Shown: piece after piece, positions 38,038 through 48,989 of the stretch
Position numbering within the stretch: the first letter of the stretch is position 1
Layout: each line of letters opens with the position of its first letter
DNA from: Stegostoma tigrinum
Lineage: Eukaryota
Assembly: GCF_030684315.1 (NCBI RefSeq)
Contig: NC_081363.1
Span: forward strand, 47,877,540 to 47,941,539
Length of the DNA stretch: 64,000 nt
Direction: 5' to 3'
Program-made: the position numbers and the translations under genes
Notes under the pieces: generated by a model
Told to the model about the DNA's origin: nothing
The model's input: only the letters and a program-made list of their open reading frames with translations
The model's database searches: none

Positions 38038-38729
38038 AGCTTTTGTGCTCCTGAGAAGCTGCTTGGCCTGCTGTGTTCATCCAGCTCCACACTTTGTTAT
38101 CTGCTACTCAGATGTCCAAGCCCAAGTAATGTATAACAAAAGTAGCAGTGATCCTCACACTTTGGAATTCCACTGGATTCCTGCAATCCCAAAAAAACAC
38201 TGGCACTCACCATTTTGTATCCCTTATCAATTTTGTATCCTTGTTGCTGCTTCCTGTTTTATCGAATCTTATCTGAACACTTAACCACCATCAATCGTTA
38301 ATAGATTTGGCCCGAAACATTGACTTACCTGCTCCAAGGATGGCGCCTGACCTGCTGTGCCTATAGACTTTATCTCCCTTTGATTTTGGTAACATCTTCA
38401 AGCCTCTTGACCTTTCAGACCATCCACTTGTCCAAGGAGGATTTCAAGACCAAGGGCAGTAACTCTCCAATTCTGCCCTGACTTTCCTCCGAGCTAGCCT
38501 GAATTATTTCTGTACCTTAAGTGGTGCCAACCATCTTTGTATCCACTTTTATCTACCTCACCTGTTAACTGGCAATTTCGTCATTTGCCAATGCTGTGAC
38601 AAACTGCTCTTTCTTGGTAAATACTGAAGCAATGATCTCATTCATTACCTCATGATTTCTACTGGGATTTACTACCTCGATGGTTCCTACTCTCCCCACC
38701 AATGATGCCCATTCTCTGTGCACAACAAA

Positions 38730-39030
38730 GCCCCACAAACAGGAATATGGAAATGACCTGATGATCTGTTTTTGTGCTGTAAATTGTGGGCCAAGACAGT
38801 CAGGATAATTCCCTAATTGTCTTCAAAACAGTGTCATGGGATGTTTTTACATCCAGAGGACAGCTGGGGCCTCAATTTAACATCTCTTCTGAAAAATGCT
38901 TCTTCCAACAGTGCAGTAGTCCCCTGGTACTACACTGGAGTGTCAATCTTGAACATTGTGCTCAGCTTCTTCACTGGGAGTTGAACCAACAATCAGACTC
39001 AGGCAAGGGGGCAGCTTGTTGAGTCATAGC
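38730..39030 (-). mobile_element. Deu-domain SINE (SacSINE1/AmnSINE-like), degenerate
   Basis: Minus gcactgttggaag...gagatgttaaattgaggcccc resembles the Deu domain; B-box ggttcaactccc near 38980. Confidence 0.65.
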
Positions 39031-40198
39031 TGATACAAACAAGGGCCAAAGACATAGAAGGGTGTGAGACCAAAGATGGGCGAAGATTGTATGGAGCAGG
39101 AATACTAAGTGGACCTTTTTGGTGAGCCTGATTTAGTGCTGTCCAATTTATTATCATTCCATATAGAATCAGTCACCGTTGGGCTAAAAGGGCTAGAAAG
39201 CAGGAGGTAATCCACTGCGAGGGTATTCACAGTTCAATGATAATATGTAGGCTACGACAGGATTCTAATTTCTCCCTTCCCTGGTGGTAAACTAGTAAGT
39301 AGCAGAATTTTCTGTAATAGTGCTGTGCATGTAGCTATGCCATGAAGACAGCAGTGGTTCAGAAGGCATCTCACCATCACCTTCTCAAGGGCAATTAGGG
39401 ATGGGTAACAAATGTTGGCCTAGCCAGTGATGCAGGCATCCTGTGAATGAATAAATAAAAGAAATGCATTCCTTACAAACCCTTCAAAAAGTTGGCCCTA
39501 GCAAGGATATTCAGTGGGTAGCGATAGAAATTCTGTCTACTACTAATTTTCATTTTACCAGGGGTTTTAGAGATGTTTGTACCTTGATGTGGCTCTGTTC
39601 ATCTTCTTTCATCTTTTAAGGATAAATAGATCTCTGCAGTGTGCTACCATCATTTTATACTTTACCTTCAGTGTTGATCTGTGGTTTTTTTGTGTTTTCA
39701 ATTTTTCCTCTTTTGTCCCCTGCGTTTGCTTGGGTGTGCCTCTCATTGCTTTGGCGATACACAAATGCTTTTCTCCCTTTTGCATTTCTTTCTCTTGTCC
39801 AAGCTACAGCTCACAGCATAACCAGACATCACAGAGTCACCTAAATATTTCATGAAGCAAGTTGGAATTTGAGAATTTGTTAATGGAATTTACTGGAAAG
39901 GGAAAAGGCGGTGCTTCTTTCTACTTTTAACACATATTGGAGTTTCTGTAAGCCTTTTTTATCTGTTATGGCACTTGGTGCGAACTATAAAAACATCCTT
40001 AAAACAGATGAAAAGTGATTCCTTATATATAAGCTGATGTAACCTAGAAAATAGAAGTCAGCAAGAGAAAAGGATATGTCCCAGTTTTTGGGAATGATCT
40101 CAATTCGTGACTGACCGTTGCCTCCTCAAGTTACTGTCGGCCACGCAAATTTGGTGTTCTCCTCATGTCAATGATTATACCATTAACCTGAGAAACAT

Positions 40199-40413
40199 AA
40201 CACAGTGTGGGGCTGGAGGAACACAGCAGGCCAGTCAACATCAGAGGAGCAGGAAAGCTGACGTTTCGGGTCGGGACCCTTCTATTCTAAAGAAGGGTCC
40301 TGACTCAAAATGTCAGCTTTCCTGCTCCTCTGATGCTGCCTGGCCTGCTGTGTTCATCCAGCTTCACACTGTGTTATCTCAGACTCTAGCATCAGCAGTT
40401 CTTACTGTCTCAG
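40199..40413. mobile_element. Mini palindromic Penelope-end element E7 (older subfamily)
   Basis: Arms meet at gacccttct-attctaa-agaagggtc (hammerhead stem II); tail on the right; TSD cctgag(a/c)aacat at 40187-40198 and 40414-40425. Confidence 0.85.
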
Positions 40414-41499
40414 CCTGAGCAACATGCTGCTTTTAATCTCTGTGCTCTAAGGGAGGCCCTAGGAACACACTTTGTAGATTGCATGGTGAATGACAGTCTG
40501 ATACTCTTAAAGCCTCACTCCCTAAAAAAAGGCAAGTGTGCACATCCAACTAAAGGCTCCTGATTAGAGGCAAAAAACTGCAGATGTAAAATCCAAGATA
40601 GACAAACAGGAGGCTGGAAGAACACAGCAAGCCAGGCAGCATCTGCGGAAAAGGAGCAGTCAATGTCTTGGGTATTACCCTTCTTCACGTTTCTGATAAT
40701 GAATTTGTCTCAGTGCAGGAGCCACACTGACAGTTCTGTGACTCACTCCTGAAGGGTCTGGTGAGCAATGTAGTCTGCAGGAGGGAAATGTTACCCCATT
40801 TGGATGGGAATGTCTCACACGTTAACCTGAGGAGGGAATGGGTTCACATTATCGAACAGTTTAACACCCTGAGTCTGACAGACTACCTCCTGTCACTATC
40901 CAGGAGGACAGGGGAGTCTAGTTCTAACATAGCAGAGGGCTTCACACAGAATCACACAAAACTCAGAGCCCATAGTCCCTGGCATGAAAATGATGATCAA
41001 CCTCATGTCAGAACAGTCGAATACAGCTGATAGCTGCTGTCTGTGTCACAGGCAGAATTCTAACAACATCTCACTGAGGTTATATGTTATGCATCTATGC
41101 TGACAACACAAAGCTGGGTGCCAAAACCAAATTGTGAGGCAGATAGAAAAAGGCTTCAAGGAGATATAAACTAGCTAAGCATTCGGTCAAGAAAGTGACC
41201 CTGCAGTATAATAATGTGGAAAAGTGTGAACTTGACCACTTCAGACAGAAATAATGGTAGATTAATATTTTTTACAAAGTTAAAGGATGACTCAGTGTTG
41301 ATATGCAGAGAGATCTGGATGTTTTAGGCCATTCTTCACAGAAAGTTAGCATGCAAGCACAGCAAACAATTAGTTGGGAAATGCTAAGTTAGCTTTTATT
41401 GCCAGAAAATTATGTATCATGATGAGAAAGTCTTATTACAATTATCCAATGCTTTGATAAAAACTGTCATCAATATGGATCAGACCTTGAAGTACATAT

Positions 41500-42690
41500 A
41501 GACAAATTGAATTTTTAATTATAACATGTGTCTTTTCTAAAAAAAAGGGCATACAGCCAAAAGATGCCTGTAGATATAAATACAGCGGTTATCTGGAGAT
41601 ACCTGGAAAGTCACACCTAAAGATGGCAAGGGAACTTCAAACAACACTTTTCAAAAGGTCAATTGTAAAACAACACAAACTGAGCACTGGTGTCCTGTGG
41701 CTGCAGAGATAGTGAGGAGTTAACTATACCTTTCCTATCCCCTCCCAAATGAAAGACATCTTCTGTAGATTATGTCCCAAACTTTGTGTTTTCCACTTTC
41801 AAGGATACACAGCAACAGGGGTTAAAAGCCAGTTTAAAACCTCTCTGTGTGTACTCGTGGATGATTGAGTGAAAAAGGTAAAGTCACCATAGTCCTAGAG
41901 GACCATAGTGTTGCTCTCTCATTAGAGAGAGGTGACTGTTGGTAATTTAACCTGAGGGGTACCACGCATCAGGCAAGGGATGAGGTGAGAAGATGAGTCA
42001 GCCAATGCAGGAACTGAACCTCAGCTGTTGGCCATCCAGCCAATTGAGCTAACCAACTCCAAATTATTGTGTGTGCAGTAAAATTCACAACTAAGAAATC
42101 CCCTTGTTATCCCTGCAGGTAAAAAGAAAGGGTATTTTTCTCTATCTCTCTGCTGAAGCCAGAAAGCAAGTGAAACTACTGTCAAAATGAACCTGCAAAG
42201 CCAAACATCTCAAAATCAGTCACTCACCTACCAACGTCAGTGCTACCAGTACAATCCAATCGAATGACCACAATCTTCCGACTATCTGCTCACCACAGAA
42301 CTCAGGAACAGATGCATACATTTTAATCTTTTACCTCTTTGGGACTTGCCTCTCATTTCTAAACTGTGTTGAGCATTGTTATTATTTCTTCTCACATTTA
42401 GTAATGAATAAGCTCACTCTTTTGCTAACTCAGAGAAAGTCTGGTGAAAGTGGCTCCTTTTAAACCATAAATTCACATGGTCTAGAGAAAGGCATCCTCA
42501 AAGGCAGGAATCCTTTCTAAATTAAGCTTGTTGCAACCAACTGAGGGGGCAGGTGAATAAAAGAAGAGGAGCCAGGTCATCCTTCCTCAGCTGGATAATT
42601 GTTTGGGGTATCCCATTTGGAATTGTAATAACTTGGGAAACTCCATCCAGGGACTGGTCATAACTGATCACACCTGGTGTGGTATGTATA
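41500..42690 (+). repeat. Possible solo LTR-like repeat, related to 19640-20150 (opposite strand)
   Basis: Shared inverted segment ctttct...agtta...aaagagtgag; class uncertain. Confidence 0.3.
41872..42058 (-). mobile_element. tRNA-derived SINE
   Basis: Minus A-box ggttagctcaattgg and B-box ggttcagttcc; related copy at ~12400-12545. Confidence 0.65.
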
Positions 42691-43154
42691 GTCTTCATGA
42701 GAAACAATTATGTTTACTTTAGGAAGAGTGCAACAGAAGTTCATAAAGTCCATAAACGGGTGAAACACATCTGCCTATGAGGAGAAATTTGACCAAGTAG
42801 ATGCTAATAAGTATTTTCCCAGAGAATCTCAGGCAAGAGGTCATAGTGTCAGAACAAAGAGTTATTTACCTCGGACTAAGATGCACAGAAATATCTTCTC
42901 CTCAATGGTCTGAATCTTTGGAATTCTTTGCCCCAAAGAATGCTGATGGTCAGCTGTTGCATATGTTTGAAATTGCAATTCACAGTTTTATTTTAAAATA
43001 AGAAATATGGGATTGTTCAGGCAAGTGGAGTTCTTGTAAAAGTTCCACAATAACCTTTTAAATGACGAAGCAGGCTCATGATGGAGCTGTATGGCCCACT
43101 CCTGTTTCTATTCTTAACTCTTTTCTAATTAAATTATCTTATGTATTATCAAAC

Positions 43155-43837
43155 ATGTACACAGATCCTTGAAAGTTGCCACCCAGGTTGACAGGGCTGT
43201 TAAGAAGGTATACAGTGTTTTAGCTTTTATTAATAGGGGGATCGAGTTCCGGAACCAAGAGGTTATGGTGAAGCTGTACAAAACTCTGGTGCGGTCACAC
43301 TTGGAGTATTGTGTACAGTTCTGGTCACCGCATTATAAGAAGGATGTGGAAGCTTTGGAAAGGGCGCAGAGGAGATTTACTAGGATGTTGCCTGGTATAG
43401 AGGGAAGGTCTTACGAGGAAAGGCTGAGGAACTTGAGGCTGTTTTCATTAGAGAGAAGGAGGTTGAGAGGTGACTTAATTGAAATATATAAAATAATCAG
43501 AGGGTTAGATAGGGTGGATAGGGAGAGCCTTTTTCCTAGGATGGTGACGGCGAGCACGAGGGGGCACAGCTTTAAATTGAGGGGTGAAAGATATAGGACA
43601 GATGTCAGAGGTAGTTTCTTTTCTCAGAGAGTAGTAAGGGAATGGAATGCTTTGCCTGCAACAGTAGTAGATTCACCAACTTTAGGTACATTTAAGTCGT
43701 CATTGGACAAGCGTATGGACGTACATGGAATAATGTAGGTTAGATGGGCTTGAGATCGGTATGACAGGTCGGCACAACATCGAGGGCCGAAGGGCCTGTA
43801 CTGTACTGTAATGTTCTCTGTTCTATGTTCTATGTTC
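43155..43837 (+). mobile_element. Young CR1-type LINE 3' end with open ORF2 C-terminus
   Basis: 189-aa ORF LYKTLVRSHLEYCVQFWSPHY...SYEERL; (ttctatg)n tail. Confidence 0.95.
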
Positions 43838-44309
43838 AAACAATGTGTTTTTATTTTAAGCAGACGACCGTTACTTCTTCCTGTGCTGAGAATAATTGTG
43901 CATTCTTTCCCCCATATCTTTTTCTGATTCTATTAAAATGCTTTCTTACCTCGAACTTTTCAATGCTGAAGGAAACCCTTCTCTGAAATGCCTGTGTTCT
44001 CCGCGATTGATGTCTGTCCTATTTTGTGTCCAACATTATCTGTTTTCATTTCAGATTACCATAATTTTGCATCTTAGTCTCAGCTCTCTGTTGTATTTGA
44101 GATTGTCTCACTCAAACAACTCTGAATTGTAAGTTACTCACCAGAAAAAAAATGTAGCTTTCTCATTATTTTTCCCATCGCCTCATGTGGCAGAAAATAT
44201 CACAATACCAGGTTTATCTGGTCAGCCTCTCAAGTCCTGTAAAGTTTTATTGAAAGTAAGATCCACAGAACCAAAAGGGCCTAAGCAAAATTTTATAAAG
44301 TGAATATAT

Positions 44310-45158
44310 CAGAATATAGATAGACTGGAGAGTTGGGAAGATAAATGGCAGATGGAGTTCAATCCAGGCAAATGCGAGGTGATGCATTTTGGAAGATCTA
44401 ATTCAAGGGCGAACTATACAGTAAATGGAGAAGTCCTATGGAAAATTGATGAACAGAGAGATCGGGGTGTTCAGGTCCATTGTTCCCTGAAGGTGGCAAT
44501 GCAGGTCAGTAGGGTGGTCAAGAAGGCATACGGCATGCTTTCCTTCATTGGACGGGGTATTGAGTACAAGAATTGGCAGGTCATGTTACAGTTGTATAAG
44601 ACTTTGGTTCGGCCACATTTAGAGTACTGTGTACAGTTCTGGTCGCCACATTACCAAAAGTATGTGGATGCTTCGGAGAGGGTGCAGAGGAGGTTCACCA
44701 GGATGTTGCCTGTTATGAAGGGCACTAGCTATGAAGGAGGTTGAGTAGATTAGGATTATTTTCATTAGAAAGACAGAGAGGGGGGACCTGATTGAGGTCT
44801 ACAAAGTCATGAGCAGTATAGACAAGGTGGACAACAAGAAACTTTTTCCCAGAGTTGGGGACTCATTTACTACGGGTCATGAGTTCAAAGTGAGGGGAGG
44901 AAAGTTTAAGGGAGATATGCATGGAAAGTTCTTTACGCAGAGGGTGGTGGGTGCCTGGAACACGTTGCCAGCGGAGGTGGTAGACGCAGACACGTTAGCG
45001 TCTTTTAAGATACATTTGGACAGGTACATGGATGGGCAGGGAGCAAATGGACACAGACCCTTAGAAAATAGATGACAGGTTAAACAGAGGATCTTGATCG
45101 ACACGGGTTTGGAGGGCCGAAGGGCCTGTTCCTGTGCTGTAATTTTCTTTGTTCTTTG
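44310..45158 (+). mobile_element. CR1-type LINE 3' end
   Basis: WQMEFNPGKCEVMHFG...LVRPHLEYCVQFWSP; (ttctttg)n tail. Confidence 0.95.
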
Positions 45159-46970
45159 AAATACTCAACACTCTGTTGCATACCAAACAGATTGTTTTAA
45201 AACAATGAGACTGTATTTCTTTCAGTTCTCCTGGCAAGCAGATGCAAGGAGTGTCTTTTTTTCTAAGAAATTGTGTTTCCGTAGTGGAGTTTTACACATG
45301 GGAAATGTATATTCTGCATCTAGGCATGTGCTGGCCACAATTTTCATGCCCAAATTCTTGATGTGTTCCTGACAACAACAGAACTTAAGGTAACTGCATA
45401 TATGTATGACTATTATGAATTCAGGTTTTTGGTATCATAATGCCGACTTGTATCTAAGTATAATTCATGTTCCAGCGTCTTTCTGTCCTCAGCTTGTGAT
45501 CAAAGTGCAATGAAGAGTAAATAGAAAACACTAAAGTATAAACATTTCTTCTTTTCAACCTAAAAAGATTTTGTGGATTTTGAGGTCAAAGACTGAGGGG
45601 TGGTGTCACCAGAGTGACTTCACAAAAATCTTAAGGAGCAGAGGAAGGCCTTTCGACCCATTGTGCCCTCGCCGATTCTTCGTAAGAGTATTATTACCCC
45701 CAAGTGTCAATCTCCTGCTTTCCCTCCATATCTTTGCACATGGCCCTTGTCCAATGTCCTCCAATGAATCTGCCTCCATCACACTTTCAGAAGGAGAGGA
45801 AGAATCAGACTGACTTCAGAATGAAATTTCAGGGCTGAGGGCTTTGGCAGATGCAGACATAGGCATCAATGAAGGATCATAAATATCTTGGAGGATTGTC
45901 TGGCCGGTGGAGACAACGAAGATAGGAAAGGCTTGGCCACATAGGAATTTGAGACAAGAATGAGAATTGTAAAGTCATGTAGTTCCTCAACTGGGAACCA
46001 ATGTAAATCAATGACCACAACAGTGAACAATACAGACTCAGCTAGCAAAGTTTCAATCACTTCTGAAGGGCAGTAGGGATGGGTAAGAAATGCTGGCCAG
46101 CTAACTACGTCTACATCCCACAGATGAATTCAAAAAATGTATACATACACCTAAAAATGAGGTCTCAAATGGGTGAGGCAACAACATAAGATTATCTGCA
46201 TGCAGCCAGCAACAAACAGTGGTAGATGATCCCACAGCCAATGGATTACATCTAAACTCAGCTTAGATGTCCAGGACTTGTCCCAAATTGTGAATGCTAG
46301 TGGACAATTAACTAACAGGAAAAAGTGGCTTTAAAAAATCCTCATCCTCAGTAATGGGAAGCCCTTGCAAAGTCAGGCAAAAAACAAGGCTGAAGTATTT
46401 GCAACTATCTTCAGGCAGAAATGCCAAATGGATAATCTATGTAAGTCTCCTCACCAGCATCACGGGGTGAATCATCAACTAATTTGATTCACTCCATTTG
46501 ATACCAAAGAATGGCTGTAGCGTTAGATTCCACGAAGTCTACTGGCCCTGGCAACATTCCAGCAACAGTGCCAAGGTATGGGCTCCAAAATTTACTGCAC
46601 AGCTTAGGTATCTAAAGGATGCACTGCAGCATCTCATCAAGGCTCCTTCAAAAGCATCTTTCACTCCTGCAACCACCAGAAGGGCAGGAGATACATGTGA
46701 CTTCTGCTGGATGAAAATTTCCCTCCAAACCACATATCATCCTGACTTGGAAGTGCAGATGTTTGTTGATGATTACACAATGTTATCACCATTCACAACT
46801 CCTCAAATAATAAGGAAGCCCGTATCCTTTTGCTACAAAACCTGGACAACATTCAGGTTTGGGCTGGTAAGTGACAAGAAACAGCCACAACACCCAACTA
46901 CCGGGCGTTGACTATCTCGGGCAAGCAGAATCTATCAATGTCCACAGGACAACCAATGACCTTACCATGA

Positions 46971-47770
46971 ACAAAAACAAAGTTACTGAAAAAGCTCAGC
47001 ATCTGGCAGCATCTGTGGAGGAGAAAACAGAGTTAACGTTTCGGTCCGGTGACCCTTCCTGAGAACTGATGGTGGCTGGGAAAGCGTCAGTTTAGATGCA
47101 GAAAATGGGGAGGTGGGTGGGGTAGGGAGTAAATGATAGGATAGAGTCCAAAAGAGAGAGAGAGACAGTTGGACAAACAAAGGAGTTGCTAACGATCAGG
47201 CTGGGAGGGTGAGTAGTTGTTAATGGGGACTGTTAGTGACTAACAACAGGGGGTGTGTAATGGCAGGCTATGTGGTAATAAGGCCTAGTGTGTGGGGTGG
47301 GATCTGGGACATGGGGGAGTTTAGGCCCTAAAATTATTGAACTCAATATTGAGTCCAGAGGGCTGTAGGGTGCCCAAGTGGAAGATGAGGTGGTTGTTTT
47401 TCCAGCTTGCATTGGGCTTTGCTGGAACACTGCAGCAAGCCAGCCAGAGATGTTGGCCAGGGAGCAGGATGGTGCATTGAAGTGGCAGGCAACAGGTAGT
47501 TCTGAACAGGATTTTCTGAAGAAGGGTCTAGGCCTGAAACGTCAGCCTTCCTGCTCCTCTGATGCTGCTTGGCCTGCTGTGTTCATCCAGCTCTACACCT
47601 TGTTATCTCAGGTAGTTCAGGGTCTTTTTTGCGAGCAGAATGTAGATATTCTGAGAAGTAGTCGCCAAGTCTACGCTTCGTTTCTCCAATGCAGAGGAGA
47701 CCACGTTGTGAGCACCGAATGTAGTAGACTAGATTCTGGAAAGTGCAGGTGAAGTGTTGCTTCACCTGGA
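46971..47770 (-). mobile_element. Older Penelope-like element 3' part (GIY-YIG and terminus)
   Basis: Minus FTCTFQNLVYYIRCSQRGLLCIGETKRRLGD; degenerate hammerhead at ~47035-47063; possible TSD ttaccat. Confidence 0.8.
47503..47608 (+). mobile_element. Single-arm Penelope 3' end with hammerhead motif, nested in the older PLE
   Basis: CTGAAGA-AGGGTCTAGGCCT-GAAAC-GTC at 47516-47543; 10-bp TSD caggtagttc at 47493-47502 and 47609-47618. Confidence 0.85.
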
Positions 47771-48989
47771 CGGCATTACCATTGTTGAATTCAACATTCT
47801 GAGGGTCACCACTGACCAGAAACTGAACTAGGCTATTCACAGAAATATTGTGGCTACAAAAGTACATCACAGGCTAAAAATACGGCAATGAGTAACACAT
47901 TTTCTGACTAATCAAAGCCTCTCCCCCATCTACAAGGTGCAAGTCAGGAGTGTATTTGAATATTGTCCACTTGCCCAGATTGCAGCAGCTTCATATAACA
48001 TTCAAAAAGCCCACCAGCATCAAACTCAACTAAGCCTTTTTGATTGACATCTCATCCACTAACTGAAACACTGCTCTGCAGCAATTCACTAAACCTCCTT
48101 TGACAGCAACTTTTAAACCTCCTTTGGAAACCTCCACCACTTAGGACAGGGTAGCAGATAGACTGTTAGCTGCAAGTTTCCCTCCAAGTCACACACCATC
48201 CAGATGTGGAACTATCTCATTTTTCCTTCATTGCTTATGGGTCACTAACTTAGAATTCACTTCTTAACAGCAAAACACACCATAGATTGCAGCAGTTCAA
48301 GAAGCTGGATCACTACTATTTTCAAATGGACAATGTGAGTTGAGCAATAAATGACAGCTGTGCCCGTGATTTAACATCCCTTAACAAATACATTTATTAA
48401 AAAGTGCTCACGTTGAATGTCAGCAGGATCAGTTGATGCTATCACATTGGAAGGTCAAAAACAATATAGCTGTTTCTTTCTTTGCAGATGTTGCCTGGCC
48501 TGCTGAGTATTTCTGAACTTGTCTATATTTATTGGTGACACCTTCCATGGTCATCATATGCCGACATTCACTCCCAAGATCAGACAAGAACAATGGGACA
48601 CTTACAGCCACTTGTGAAACTGTATTCCAGTAAAGGTTAGGAGTGGTCACAAACATACATTTATTTACACCTTTATTTCATGTGGAAAGTAAAATATTCT
48701 TGATAACATTGACTGTTTAACATTTACATAGAGGGGTAAGTGGATTTACCAAAGAACATTACAAAAAGGAGTGAAAGTATTCCCATCCTGGCTCAAGTAT
48801 CTTTTTGTTACAGATCTTGAATCAATGTCAGTTCCAAAGCAATATATTTTTAATGATGGAAACAACAAACAACATACTCATTGTTTGAAATTATTGTGTG
48901 TTATTTTTAGAATTATTTTTCTGCCTCAGATTTCTTTTTGGGTTCATTTCATAAATTGCTGTTGTAAGTGGTGTGGACATGTTATTTAT

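Larger units (their letters stand above)
36123..38100. mobile_element. Large palindromic Neptune-type Penelope insertion E6 (left arm minus to ~37000, right arm plus from ~37010)
   Basis: GIY-YIG translations on both strands; TSD ctgc(a/t)actc(t/a)gat at 36110-36122 and 38101-38113; inserted into an old minus-strand LINE. Confidence 0.93.
46300..48400 (+). mobile_element. Old LINE (CR1/L2-group) interrupted by nested Penelope elements
   Basis: MFVDD at ~46760; 3' tail at ~48290-48400 matches 39350-39460 and 61850-61985. Confidence 0.6.
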
